Source: Candidatus Eiseniibacteriota bacterium
Lineage (GTDB): Bacteria > Orphanbacterota > Orphanbacteria > Orphanbacterales > Orphanbacteraceae
Direction of reading: 5' to 3'
Length of the DNA stretch: 44,628 nt
NCBI GenBank assembly: GCA_043809585.1
Contig: JBDROZ010000019.1
Coordinates: forward strand, 1 to 44,628
Under the pieces are notes generated by a model. That model searched no databases. It was given only the letters and a program-made list of their open reading frames with translations, and was not told where the DNA came from. Shown one piece after another: positions 17,189-26,846 of this stretch (its first letter is position 1; every line of letters starts with the position of its first letter). The position numbers and the translations under genes are program-made.

Positions 17189-20100
17189 ATGAGCGATCTC
17201 TTGCGCCCGGCATGCGGCGATCGGCCCGGCGCCCCCCGCCGGTTCCGCTCCTCCGGCCGTGTCCGGACCGCCCTTCTCGCCTTCGCCGCGGCGGCGGTGC
17301 TGGCCGCGCCCGCGGGCGGCGACGAGGGGGGAGATCATTCCGTACGGGGTCTTCAGGACCTGCTTCAGCGGGGGAGACTGCAGGAGGCGGAAGCGGGCGC
17401 CGCCCGATTCCTCGAGGCCTCCCGGCCCGGGAGCCGGGCCGACTCGCTCGACGTGTTCGACGCGGCGCGGGTTCTCGTCGAAGCTCGAATGCGCCTCGGC
17501 CGGTTCGAGGACCCCTCGTTGCCCGAACTCGTCGAATCGCTCCTTTCCATGGGCTCGTCGCTGCTCGATCCCGATGCGGTCGCCCTCGCCCATGCCCACC
17601 AGTTCGCCGGTTACCTGGCCCGTTCGCGCGGCGATAGGGAAGGCGAACTCGGGCACCTGCAGGCCGCCCTCGACATCGTCGAGAGGAGCGACCCGCCCGA
17701 TCACGCCGAAAGGGTGAAAGCCCTCGGGAACATGGCGGGCGCCCGTTTCCGGGCGGGGGATCCGTCGGGGGCCCGGGAATTGCTTCAGGGGGCGCTGGGG
17801 GTTCTGGAGGAGCATCTCTCCCCGGAACATTTCGACGTCGCCGCGACGCTGATCAACCTCAGCGAGGCGAGGATCGCCCTCGGCGACACGGCCGGGATCG
17901 GAGAGGCGTACGCACGGGCGGTCACGGTATACGAGCGGTACGAGGGCGCCGAGGGGTTGCGGGTGGCCGACGCGCTCCAGCGGCTGGGCGCCTGGCGGTT
18001 TCGGACCGGCGACACGGCCGGTGCGGCCCGGACCCTCGATCGAGCGCTCGCCATCCTGGGGCTCCGCGATCCGGGGGGGGAGCGGCTCGCGGCGAGTCTG
18101 CTCGCCCGCGCTAAAGTCCACATGGCCTCCATGGAACTCGATTCCGCCGCCGCCCGCTCGGCCCGCGCCCTCGACATCTACGAGAAACGGCGGGGGCCCG
18201 AGACGGGCGAGGCCGCCGCATGCCTGGTCGCGCTCGGAGACGCCGAGCGGCATGCCTGGAGGCACGAGGAAGCCCGGGAGAATTACCGGAAGGCGCTCGA
18301 GATTCTGGAGTCCTCTCCGAAGGGCGACCCTTGGGGTTTGGCCGACTGCCTGCAGGCTCTGGCCTCCCACTCGCTCGAGCTCGGCCGCTACGACGACGCC
18401 GTGGGCTACGCCCGGCGAAGACTGGAACTTATCATGCACGGCGGGGGCTTCGATCACCGCGCGGCCGCGCTCGCCCGGCTCGACTACGGGGCGGCCCTCC
18501 TTTCGGCACAGCGACCCGATTCGGCCTCCGCCCACTTCGAACGGGCCCGAACCGATCTCGAGGCGTCCGTGGATCCGGGCGACCCCGTGCTCGCCGAGCC
18601 TTGCCTTCGTCTCGCCGCCCTCGCCCGGGAGCGAGGGGACTTCCCCCGAGCCCTCGCCCATGCGGAGCGGGCTTTGGCGTCGCTCGAAAGAGCCTACGGA
18701 GCCGACGATTCGCGGCTTTCCGAGGGTCTTCATGAACTCGCGATCGTGCAGCGGCGGCTCGGTGACGAGGCCGGCGCGCGGGCCTCCATCGCGCGGGCGC
18801 TCCGCCTCGCTTCGAGCGAACGCGCCCAGAGCCTTCCGGTCGCAGGCATTCTGAGCAGCCTCGCCACTCTCGAGAGGGCGTCCGGAGATACCGCTTCGGC
18901 GGCCGCCCACTTCCGCGAAGCCCTCGGCGTTCTCGAGCGGGTCCTCCCCGACGGCCATCCGGAATCCGCCCTCGTGCTCCGGAACCTGGCCAGCCTGGAG
19001 AACGCGGGCGGTCGCTTCGCCGCGGCCGAAGCCCTCTACCGGGCCGCGCTCGACATCCTTGAGCGTTCGGTCGGCCCCCGGCACGCTGATGTCGCCGCCG
19101 CTCATCTCGGCCTGGGGAACGCCCTCAAGGGGCTGGGCAAGATGGAGGAGGCCCGGGCGCATTACGAACTCGCGATCGAGACTCATCTCGGGCTCCTCGG
19201 GCCGGAAGCCCCCGCCCTGGCCCTCGACTATCACAATCTGGCGGCTCTCCTGCTGGAACTGGGCGAGCTGGAAACCGCGATGGAGAAGGCCGAGGAGGCG
19301 GAGAGACTGGGCCGGCAACACTTCCGACTCGTTCTGCAAGGCGCCACGGAGCGGGAGGCCCTGCACTATTCCGGCGAAAGGGTCAGCGGGACCGACATCG
19401 TTCTGACCGCGGCGGCACGAAGCGACTCTCCGGCGGACTGGGAAAGGGCGTGGGATCTCGTGATCCGCTCCCGTGCCGCGATCATCGAGGAAATCGCCGC
19501 GCGGCGCCGGTTCCTGGCATCGACGATCGATTCGAACATCGTCGAGCTCGCCCACGAACTCGAGAGCGCGAGCAATCGACTCGCCTACCTCGCGGTCCGG
19601 GGTCGCGGCTCGGAATCGCTCGAAACCTACAGAGCCCTTCTCGAGAATGCGAGGCGGGAGAAGGAAGGGGCCGAGCGGAACCTGGCCGGCGCGAGCCGGC
19701 AGTTCGAGGCGCAGGAGTCGGTCCGGAACGCGGGCGAGCCCGAAGTGCTCGCGGCCCTCCCTCCCGGTTCCGCCCTGGTCGCATGGGTCCGGTTCGAGAG
19801 GATGGAGCGGCCCGCCGGGAAAGGGGAAGGGGCGTCGGCGCCGCCGGCCGCCGGGAATCCCGCCTACGGGGCCTTCGTCGTCGATCGAGGGGAGCCGCCG
19901 ATTCGGTTCGTGTCGCTGGGGGACGCCGGGAGAATCGACTCCCTCGTCGCCCAATGGCACGAAAACGCCGGGACCGGTGTCCGGACACGGGGGCGCGACG
20001 CGGCGGATGCGTCCTACCGCGAGAGCGGAGAGGCGTTGCGCCGGGCGGTCTGGGATCCGGTCGCCGCCGGACTCGAGAGTCGGGACCGCATCTTCCTCGT

Positions 20101-21073
20101 GCCGGACGGGGCGCTCACCCTTCTCAACTTCGACACACTCCCCCACCCGTCGGGCGGATACCTTCTCGAGCACCTGCCGCTTCTTCATGTCCTCTCGTCA
20201 GAACGAGACCTGACACGGACGGGGACACGGCCTCCGTCCGGGGAGGGACTCCTGATCACGGCGGCGCCCGACTACGAGACGGATCCCCCCTCCCCGCCGG
20301 ATGATCCGGAGAGGCAACGCTCGGCGGAACGGGGGATCCCCTGCGCCCAATTCAAATCTCTCTGGTTTCTCCCCCTGCCGGGGACCGCCGAAGAGAAGAA
20401 GGAGGTGATTCGGCTCTGGAGCGAGTTCGGAAGGGCCTCGGGGAAGGGCGGCCCGGAGGTCTACGAACTCGACGGCCCGAACGCCACGGAGCGGGAGTTC
20501 CGGCGGCTCGCCCGGGGCCGGGAGGTCCTGCACATCGCGACCCACGGCTTCTTTCTCGGGGCCGAATGCGCGGGCCGCCCCGCGACCGGCGGAGCCGCCC
20601 CCCGCGACGAACTCACGGTGGGCGGCATCGTCGCCGAAAGCCCGCTGCTCCTCTCGGGACTGGCGTTCGCGGGGGCCAACCTCCGAGAAGACGCCCCGAG
20701 TTCGGAAACCGACGGCGTTCTGACCGCCGAGGAGATCACCACCATGAACCTGGAGGGCACGGACCTGGTCGTTCTCTCGGCATGCGAGACCGGACTCGGC
20801 AAGGTCGAGGCGGGAGAGGGCGTGTTCGGATTGCGCCGGGCCTTCCAGATCGCCGGGGCGCGCAACCTGGTCATGTCCCTTTGGTCGGTCGACGACGAGG
20901 CGACCGCCGCCTGGATGAAGACGATGTTCGATTACCGCCTCCGCGGAGGTCTTTCGCCGGCCGAGGCCGTGAGGGCCGCCTCGGTCGACATCCTGAAACG
21001 GCGCCGCGCCGAAGGCCTGACGACCCACCCCTACTACTGGGGGGCGTTCATCGTTACGGGGGACTGGCGTTGA
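17189..21073 (+). CDS. TPR-CHAT (caspase HetF-associated) protease
   Basis: Signal-like N-terminus, many TPRs, FLVPDGAL, LPGTAEE, LHIATHGF (catalytic His), VLSACETG (catalytic Cys), SLWSVDD, HPYYWGAF. Confidence 0.92.
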   Translation: MSDLLRPACGDRPGAPRRFRSSGRVRTALLAFAAAAVLAAPAGGDEGGDHSVRGLQDLLQRGRLQEAEAGAARFLEASRPGSRADSLDVFDAARVLVEARMRLGRFEDPSLPELVESLLSMGSSLLDPDAVALAHAHQFAGYLARSRGDREGELGHLQAALDIVERSDPPDHAERVKALGNMAGARFRAGDPSGARELLQGALGVLEEHLSPEHFDVAATLINLSEARIALGDTAGIGEAYARAVTVYERYEGAEGLRVADALQRLGAWRFRTGDTAGAARTLDRALAILGLRDPGGERLAASLLARAKVHMASMELDSAAARSARALDIYEKRRGPETGEAAACLVALGDAERHAWRHEEARENYRKALEILESSPKGDPWGLADCLQALASHSLELGRYDDAVGYARRRLELIMHGGGFDHRAAALARLDYGAALLSAQRPDSASAHFERARTDLEASVDPGDPVLAEPCLRLAALARERGDFPRALAHAERALASLERAYGADDSRLSEGLHELAIVQRRLGDEAGARASIARALRLASSERAQSLPVAGILSSLATLERASGDTASAAAHFREALGVLERVLPDGHPESALVLRNLASLENAGGRFAAAEALYRAALDILERSVGPRHADVAAAHLGLGNALKGLGKMEEARAHYELAIETHLGLLGPEAPALALDYHNLAALLLELGELETAMEKAEEAERLGRQHFRLVLQGATEREALHYSGERVSGTDIVLTAAARSDSPADWERAWDLVIRSRAAIIEEIAARRRFLASTIDSNIVELAHELESASNRLAYLAVRGRGSESLETYRALLENARREKEGAERNLAGASRQFEAQESVRNAGEPEVLAALPPGSALVAWVRFERMERPAGKGEGASAPPAAGNPAYGAFVVDRGEPPIRFVSLGDAGRIDSLVAQWHENAGTGVRTRGRDAADASYRESGEALRRAVWDPVAAGLESRDRIFLVPDGALTLLNFDTLPHPSGGYLLEHLPLLHVLSSERDLTRTGTRPPSGEGLLITAAPDYETDPPSPPDDPERQRSAERGIPCAQFKSLWFLPLPGTAEEKKEVIRLWSEFGRASGKGGPEVYELDGPNATEREFRRLARGREVLHIATHGFFLGAECAGRPATGGAAPRDELTVGGIVAESPLLLSGLAFAGANLREDAPSSETDGVLTAEEITTMNLEGTDLVVLSACETGLGKVEAGEGVFGLRRAFQIAGARNLVMSLWSVDDEATAAWMKTMFDYRLRGGLSPAEAVRAASVDILKRRRAEGLTTHPYYWGAFIVTGDWR

Positions 21074-21078
21074 CGCCC

Positions 21079-22644
21079 TCAGCGCGGCGCGGCTCCGGAA
21101 TCCGGTGACGACCAATCCGCGCCGCCTCGCCGCTTGATTCGTTTGATTTCGACCTGCCGCCTCGCTTCCTCCGGGTTCAGCACCACGAACTCCACGCGCC
21201 GGTTCAGGAACCGGGAGTGTTCGTCCGTCCCTTCCACGAGAGGAACCGATTTCCCGAGGCCCCGAAAGATGAACTGCTCGATTGACAACCCTTCGAAGTT
21301 CGCGAGCAGATAGTCGATCGACGCCTTGGCACGCCGTTCGCTGAGCGCCAGGTTGAACGTCTCGCTTCCCCGGTCGTCGCAGTGGCCTTCCACGCTGAAG
21401 CGGAGGTCCGGAAGGCCGGAGAGGGCCTCGCCGATCAAGTCGAGACGCGCCTTCGCGTCGTCCTTCAGGTCGGCCCTTCCGAAATCGAAGTGGAACCTCT
21501 CGCGCAGGACCCCCTCCTCGACCAGAACATCCTCGAGCACCGTGACCCACTCCACCTTCGGACAGCCCTGATCATCCACGGCGAAATCGGCGGGCGTCTC
21601 GGGACAATCGTCGACGTAATCCGCGACGCCGTCATGGTCCCCGTCGACCGGCACACCCCACTGGTCCACCATGACTCCGATCGGCGTATTCGGGTGCCGG
21701 TCGATCCCGTCCGGGACTCCGTCCCCGTCGTCATCGAGAGCGATCCCGAGCCAGTTGACCCTTGCCCCCTCGGGCGTGTCGAATTCCCGATCCCTGCTGT
21801 CGGGGACTTGATCGCCGTCCGAGTCGGGGGTCGGTCCGCGGGTCCGAAGCCCGCCGAAGAGATCGGCGAGCGTGGAAAGGGTCGATCGGGCATCGCCTCC
21901 CGAAACGTAATCCGCCCCCGCCGACGTGGTCGTCATCGCCAGCGTTCTTTCCCACGCCTCCCCCCCGCTCGCCTTCCAAATGAGGGACGCCTCGAAGGAG
22001 ATGAACTCCTCGAGAGCGGCCCTCCCCGCGGCCGCCCCGCGGCTCACCCTCATCTCGAGGGCCAGATTGGCCGCCCGCATGCTGTCGGCATCGAGCCCGT
22101 CCTCCGGAACTTCGAGGGCCGAATCCTCCGGCCGCGCCCGCAGGTAGTAGCCGCGCTCGCCGAGCCGGAGCCGGGAGACGAGAAAGGCGTTCTTCTCGAG
22201 TATGGCGAAAGACTCGGGATCGCCCACGCCCGCGACGCTCGAATCGACGGGGATCCAATCGACGACGCAGTTGTCGCACCACTCCTGGGAATCGGCCCCC
22301 CGGCGGGCGGCGACCCCGAGGATCCACCTCGCGTACCCGTTCTCGATCAGCGGATCTTCCGCACCGGAGACCACGTCGACCACCAGGTCGGCCCCGGCCC
22401 CCCGCGCCTGCTTCGCGATCGACTCGTAGAGGAGCGGCCAGTCGGGGGGAGTCGATCCCGAAAGGCCCCAACGGTGCTCGTACACGACCTTGAGCGGAAC
22501 GTAGGCCGGAGCTTCCCGTCCCTCCTCGATGAACTCGACGCCGAGAATCAGCGAGTCGGGGACGGCGGCGATCGCGGAGGCGGTGGACGCGAGAAGGAGG
22601 GAGAAAAGGAGACACGACGACGGGACGAGGCGGCGGCGATCCAT
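21079..22644 (-). CDS. OmpA-family protein with thrombospondin type-3-like Ca-binding repeats
   Basis: Signal peptide; three DxDGDxVxD repeats; HFDFGRA, VEGHCDDRG, NLALSERRA, NRRVEF. Confidence 0.9.
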   Translation of the reverse strand: MDRRRLVPSSCLLFSLLLASTASAIAAVPDSLILGVEFIEEGREAPAYVPLKVVYEHRWGLSGSTPPDWPLLYESIAKQARGAGADLVVDVVSGAEDPLIENGYARWILGVAARRGADSQEWCDNCVVDWIPVDSSVAGVGDPESFAILEKNAFLVSRLRLGERGYYLRARPEDSALEVPEDGLDADSMRAANLALEMRVSRGAAAGRAALEEFISFEASLIWKASGGEAWERTLAMTTTSAGADYVSGGDARSTLSTLADLFGGLRTRGPTPDSDGDQVPDSRDREFDTPEGARVNWLGIALDDDGDGVPDGIDRHPNTPIGVMVDQWGVPVDGDHDGVADYVDDCPETPADFAVDDQGCPKVEWVTVLEDVLVEEGVLRERFHFDFGRADLKDDAKARLDLIGEALSGLPDLRFSVEGHCDDRGSETFNLALSERRAKASIDYLLANFEGLSIEQFIFRGLGKSVPLVEGTDEHSRFLNRRVEFVVLNPEEARRQVEIKRIKRRGGADWSSPDSGAAPR

Positions 22645-22673
22645 CGATACCCTCCAGAAAGGGGCCTCGTGCA

Positions 22674-22699
22674 GCCCGCGGCCGGGACGGCCTGCGGGC
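22674..22699. other. Intra-operon GC hairpin (mRNA stability or attenuation element)
   Basis: GCCCGC-GGCCG-GGA-CGGCC-T-GCGGGC between the YidD-fusion gene and ompA. Confidence 0.35.
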
Positions 22700-22701
22700 G
22701 A

Positions 22702-24045
22702 TTACGGGGCGAGCAATCGTGTTTCCAACTCCTCGAAGTCCGCCCGGTCCTGCCGCGACGCCGCGAGCCGGCCGGCGGAAGTGATGTTGCCCCGATAGTA
22801 CCTCCAAAACGTGGGAAGCGCGAAGACGGCGAACTCGCCCCACGAATCGGTCCTGGTCGTACGATAGGCGTAGTAGCCGAGAAAGAGATTCACGGAAAGG
22901 GCGGCGGCCGCCGTCCCCGTCTTACCCGAGAGCAGTTGCCCGGTACCAGGCACCAGGGCGGAGAGAACCCGCGCCCGCCGCGCCCGCGATGATCGCTGCC
23001 TCTCCCTCCCCTCCAGAATCGCGAGCCCTTCCCACGCGGCGGCGCGGTCCCGCCGGTCTTCGCTGTTCTCCGCGTAGAACCGAAGGGCTTCCTCCGCCTC
23101 GGGCCAGCGCCCCAGTTCGGCCAGCGACAATGCCTCGAACCGGGCCGCCCGGGCCGAAAGATCGGAGCCTCCGCGAAGGCGCACGGCGCCGAAGCGTGAA
23201 GCGGCCCGGGCGATGCTTCCTTCGTTCCGGTCCCGTTGTGCCGCATCGTAGAGGGTTTCCGGATCCTCGGCCGCGGACCTTCTCGTCGACGCCCGGTTCA
23301 CGACGAAGGCCCCCCCCCCGGGGTTGATCCTGCGGTCGGCGGCGGCACGCCCGGCGCCGTAGATGCCGCCGGCATAGAAGCCCACCGCGAGGAAACCGTG
23401 CCCCGCCCCCCGGATCGATGCGGAACCGTCGCGCTCGTAATTCAAGTACGAAAAGGTGGCGGGGATCATGACTTGCAGAAAGGAGTAGAGCCCGTCCCAA
23501 GGTCGCCCCGCATAGACCTGGCCCGTCCCCGGCATGAGGGCGGACAGGCTCGATGCCAGGGCACGGCTTCGCGGAGCGGACATCGACATGGGATCGAAGG
23601 TCGGGGGACCCTCCTCCCCCTCGACCGGGTCGTAGAAACGGACGCGGGTCTCGTCGAGGGGATAGTAGTCGTAGGCCCTCGGGTGGCACCGCTGAAGCCG
23701 GCTGGAGGCCATGAGCGACCCGCGAACCAGCCCGGCCCGCCGCACCGCGGTTTCCGCGTAGTGGGAGCAACTCGGATAGAACTGGCATCTTCGCGCATCC
23801 TGGGAGGCAAGCGTGGCCCGGTACGAACGAAGCATCAAGGATACGAACCGCGCGGAGATCGGAGGCGACGGATCGCCCTTCGCGTCGCCCGTCTCCCGGC
23901 CGGCCTCGGGCGATTCCCCTGGATTCTCGACGTGCGCCCCGTCCGAAGAGGGGAACCCCTCGGCGAGAGAGGCCGGCGGGCCCGCCGGGAGCGCCGCCGC
24001 GAGAGAAGCGGCGATGATCCTTCCGGCGAATCCTGCGGCCCTCAC
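22702..24045 (-). CDS. YidD/haemolytic-domain fusion protein with two LSAL-x-PG-x-GQ membrane modules and a TPR-like segment
   Basis: RCQFYPSCSHYA..AV...G...G......RLQRCHP; LSALMPGTGQ and LSALVPGTGQ. Confidence 0.75.
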   Translation of the reverse strand: MRAAGFAGRIIAASLAAALPAGPPASLAEGFPSSDGAHVENPGESPEAGRETGDAKGDPSPPISARFVSLMLRSYRATLASQDARRCQFYPSCSHYAETAVRRAGLVRGSLMASSRLQRCHPRAYDYYPLDETRVRFYDPVEGEEGPPTFDPMSMSAPRSRALASSLSALMPGTGQVYAGRPWDGLYSFLQVMIPATFSYLNYERDGSASIRGAGHGFLAVGFYAGGIYGAGRAAADRRINPGGGAFVVNRASTRRSAAEDPETLYDAAQRDRNEGSIARAASRFGAVRLRGGSDLSARAARFEALSLAELGRWPEAEEALRFYAENSEDRRDRAAAWEGLAILEGRERQRSSRARRARVLSALVPGTGQLLSGKTGTAAAALSVNLFLGYYAYRTTRTDSWGEFAVFALPTFWRYYRGNITSAGRLAASRQDRADFEELETRLLAP

Positions 24046-24048
24046 CCC

Positions 24049-24984
24049 CTAGTGCCCGAACAAGGCCGTGATCCCGAAGGTGATACCGAGGATCGCCCCG
24101 GTGCTTTCGCCCTCGCCCGTGATGCGCATGTCCCCCTCGAGCTCGGCGCCGATAGACGGGGAAAACGGAACGATCACGCCGGCGGCCATGAGCAGGGAGA
24201 ACTTCGACTCGTCGGAGGACTCCGCGAGAAGCGTGCCTCCGACATCTCCCTTCGCTTCGATGTGGTGTTTCGCCGCGCCGAATCCGAACTCTCCGAAGGC
24301 GATCGGCGTTTTCGGCTTCGAGGAGCCGGTCATGGCCCCCGCGAGAAAATAGAGCTCGCTGAGATGGGCCTCCCAATCCAGGTCCATTCCCAAGTAATCG
24401 TTGAACGAGGAACTCACGCCGAGACTTTGCCGGAGATACGAAAACCCGAGATAGAAATTGTCCGCGTATGCGATGCGGGAGCGGAAACCGAAGGCAAGTC
24501 CCCCCTCCATGTACTCGAACCAATCGCCCGACGGGGTTCCGGCCCCGAGGAACGCTCCCAAGCTGATCCGGAACCGGGGTCCGTAGAAACGGCTGATCCG
24601 CTCGCGCTTCGGAGTCGGGGCCGCATTCGTCTTCGATTCGCCGGGCCCGGCCGTCCCCGGCGCGGCCGGCGACCCCGGTTGCCCGACATCACCGCCCCCG
24701 GGCGGTGCCCCGTCCGGAAGCACTTCCCGCGTGATGTCACGACCTTCACCGTCCCGGATGACGCGCACGCGGCTTAGGGGGATGAAACGGTGGCCCCCCG
24801 TGGCGCTGATGATCTTCAGGTTCGGAGAGTCGGGCACCCTCTCCACGGATACGCCCTCGTACTCCCATCCCTGCACATCGATGACGGTGACGTTCTTCCA
24901 GATCTCGGCGGCCGCGAGGGACGAAAAGGCGAGCGCGGCGGCCGCGAGAAAGAGCGAGACGCGTCCGAAGCGGTGGAGCATCAT
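24049..24984 (-). CDS. Outer-membrane beta-barrel protein
   Basis: Signal peptide, small N-terminal domain, Pro/Gly linker, alternating amphipathic strands ending ITALF. Confidence 0.7.
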   Translation of the reverse strand: MMLHRFGRVSLFLAAAALAFSSLAAAEIWKNVTVIDVQGWEYEGVSVERVPDSPNLKIISATGGHRFIPLSRVRVIRDGEGRDITREVLPDGAPPGGGDVGQPGSPAAPGTAGPGESKTNAAPTPKRERISRFYGPRFRISLGAFLGAGTPSGDWFEYMEGGLAFGFRSRIAYADNFYLGFSYLRQSLGVSSSFNDYLGMDLDWEAHLSELYFLAGAMTGSSKPKTPIAFGEFGFGAAKHHIEAKGDVGGTLLAESSDESKFSLLMAAGVIVPFSPSIGAELEGDMRITGEGESTGAILGITFGITALFGH

Positions 24985-25592
24985 GAACCCTCCAACTCGG
25001 CGAGGGTCGCCGCGATCTGGCCGACCGCGTCACCGAGCCCGCCGTTCAAGGCTTCGAGAACCCGGCCTTCGTTGAATCGATAGGTCCCCTCGAGCGGAGA
25101 ACGATCTTCCAAGACGGTTTCCCCGCGATGGACCCGCTTCCCGAGAAGCTCGCCGCCGCGATAGTACTCGACGGAGAGAATGATGGTGGATCGGAGCGTG
25201 GCCATCGCCGACCGGCAGTAGACGCGGGAGACGGTGACCCTGAGGCGGTACCCCTCGGGCGGATCGGAGCCGCTGAGCCGCAGGTCGTAGCCCCAATCCC
25301 CGAGCGAGGTCAGTCCTTCCTGCACCCAGAGCATGACGTCCGATTCGGGGATGACGGAAACCGTCGTCTTTCCGATCGTGTCCCGATTCGACCGATCGTC
25401 GACGACCGGGGAGAGATGAATGACCACGTCCTCCGCCCCTCCCCCCGGCTTCTCCGCGTTTTCATCCGGAGGGATGTACGTGAGGTCGACGAGTATCGGC
25501 TGGTTCGGGCGGCAACCCGCGAACACCACGATCGCGGCGAGCAGGCCGATCACACCGGCGAACCTGAAGCCCCGGCGCAAAACCGTTTTCAT
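24981..25592 (-). CDS. Lipoprotein (YajG-like fold possible)
   Basis: ATG 25592 overlapping the upstream stop (ATGA); lipobox FAGC; VVDDR..TIG motif. Confidence 0.75.
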   Translation of the reverse strand: MKTVLRRGFRFAGVIGLLAAIVVFAGCRPNQPILVDLTYIPPDENAEKPGGGAEDVVIHLSPVVDDRSNRDTIGKTTVSVIPESDVMLWVQEGLTSLGDWGYDLRLSGSDPPEGYRLRVTVSRVYCRSAMATLRSTIILSVEYYRGGELLGKRVHRGETVLEDRSPLEGTYRFNEGRVLEALNGGLGDAVGQIAATLAELEGS

Positions 25593-26539
25593 GATCGACC
25601 CTTCTTTTCCGTGATCTCGATCTCGTCGAGGGGAAGGGAGACCAGATTGCCGCCCTGGAGGCGGAAGACGACCCGGTCTCCGGCTTTTTCGAGGATGTGG
25701 CCCGCCGTCGACCCCACGCCGAGAATGTGCTTGGCCTTGACCACCGCGGGCGTGCCGGCGAGATGACCGGTCCCCCCGTCCGCGAGGGGAAGATCGTGAC
25801 GAATCATGATCATCGTTTCGTCGATGGCCCGGGCGAGTTCGGCGCGGTACTTCACCGCGCCGCCGGCCGCCCATTCCGCGAGGCAACCTTCCGGGTCCTC
25901 CGCCTCGGCGGTCGGCGAGTAATAGCTGTGGAATGCGTAGTACGAGGGCTTCTTCTTCGGCTCCGCCCAGTACTGGACACTCGTCGTCACGACGAGTCTC
26001 CGCCCGTCGGCCGTCAGTTGGTACCTCGATGAAAGGAGGAGAACGTCGTCTTCCAACCACTCTTCCGGAACATCCCCGGCCGCCTTCTTGATATTCGTAT
26101 TGAGCTGGACGCCGGCCATCTGCCCGGCCTCCGCCGTGAGTTCCGTCTCCCCGAGCTTCAGCCAGGAAAGGGAATGAAGCGTCGGCAGCACGGCCTCCCA
26201 GAAATCCTTCCGGTAATCGACGTCCGGTGTTTGCTCGAGAAGCGGCGCGACCCACTCCTCGGCCCTCCGGGACCGGCTGGCGTCGACGCTCTTGTCGATT
26301 GCCGATCCGATGATCATGCAGCAGAGGCCTCCGCCCCCGGCGACCACGTCCCCGGTGGTGGACTTCTCCACATAGATCGAGATCTCTTCCTGGAGGACCG
26401 CGGTCCGCATGTTCGTCTGATCGATCGAGGCGAGGAGGGCCGGATCGAGAGGTTTGTGGACCGCGGCACAGCCGGAGAAGAGGATCAGAGCGACCGGGAG
26501 AGCGACGAGGAGGCGGAATCGGACGGCATCCCGTAGCAT
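25589..26539 (-). CDS. Lipoprotein of unknown function
   Basis: RBS AAGGAG; lipobox FSGC; glycine-zipper-like GGGGLCCMIIGSAID. Confidence 0.78.
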   Translation of the reverse strand: MLRDAVRFRLLVALPVALILFSGCAAVHKPLDPALLASIDQTNMRTAVLQEEISIYVEKSTTGDVVAGGGGLCCMIIGSAIDKSVDASRSRRAEEWVAPLLEQTPDVDYRKDFWEAVLPTLHSLSWLKLGETELTAEAGQMAGVQLNTNIKKAAGDVPEEWLEDDVLLLSSRYQLTADGRRLVVTTSVQYWAEPKKKPSYYAFHSYYSPTAEAEDPEGCLAEWAAGGAVKYRAELARAIDETMIMIRHDLPLADGGTGHLAGTPAVVKAKHILGVGSTAGHILEKAGDRVVFRLQGGNLVSLPLDEIEITEKKGRS

Positions 26540-26726
26540 AGAGGTTTCTCCTTCCCACCAAAGGGGGGCTAGATGGACCGGAGGCAGTCGGAACGGTCAA
26601 AATTATAGCATTAAGCGAGGGGAAGGAGTCAATGCCGATCTGGCGGGTCGGTGGCGGCCCCATCGTCGTGATGAACATGCGCGAAGACGATCGGGGGCGC
26701 CGCCCGGTCGCGGGGGAGGGGAGGAA

Positions 26727-26800
<74 letters not shown>

Positions 26801-26846
26801 CAAGGTCGGACAAAAAAAAGAGGCGTCTGCCGAAGCAGGGAAACTA

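Noticed and set aside
17189-21073. Craspase (CRISPR type III-E) or antiphage CHAT system
   Set aside because: No Cas7-11, CRISPR array, gasdermin or other effector nearby; the protein appears exported.
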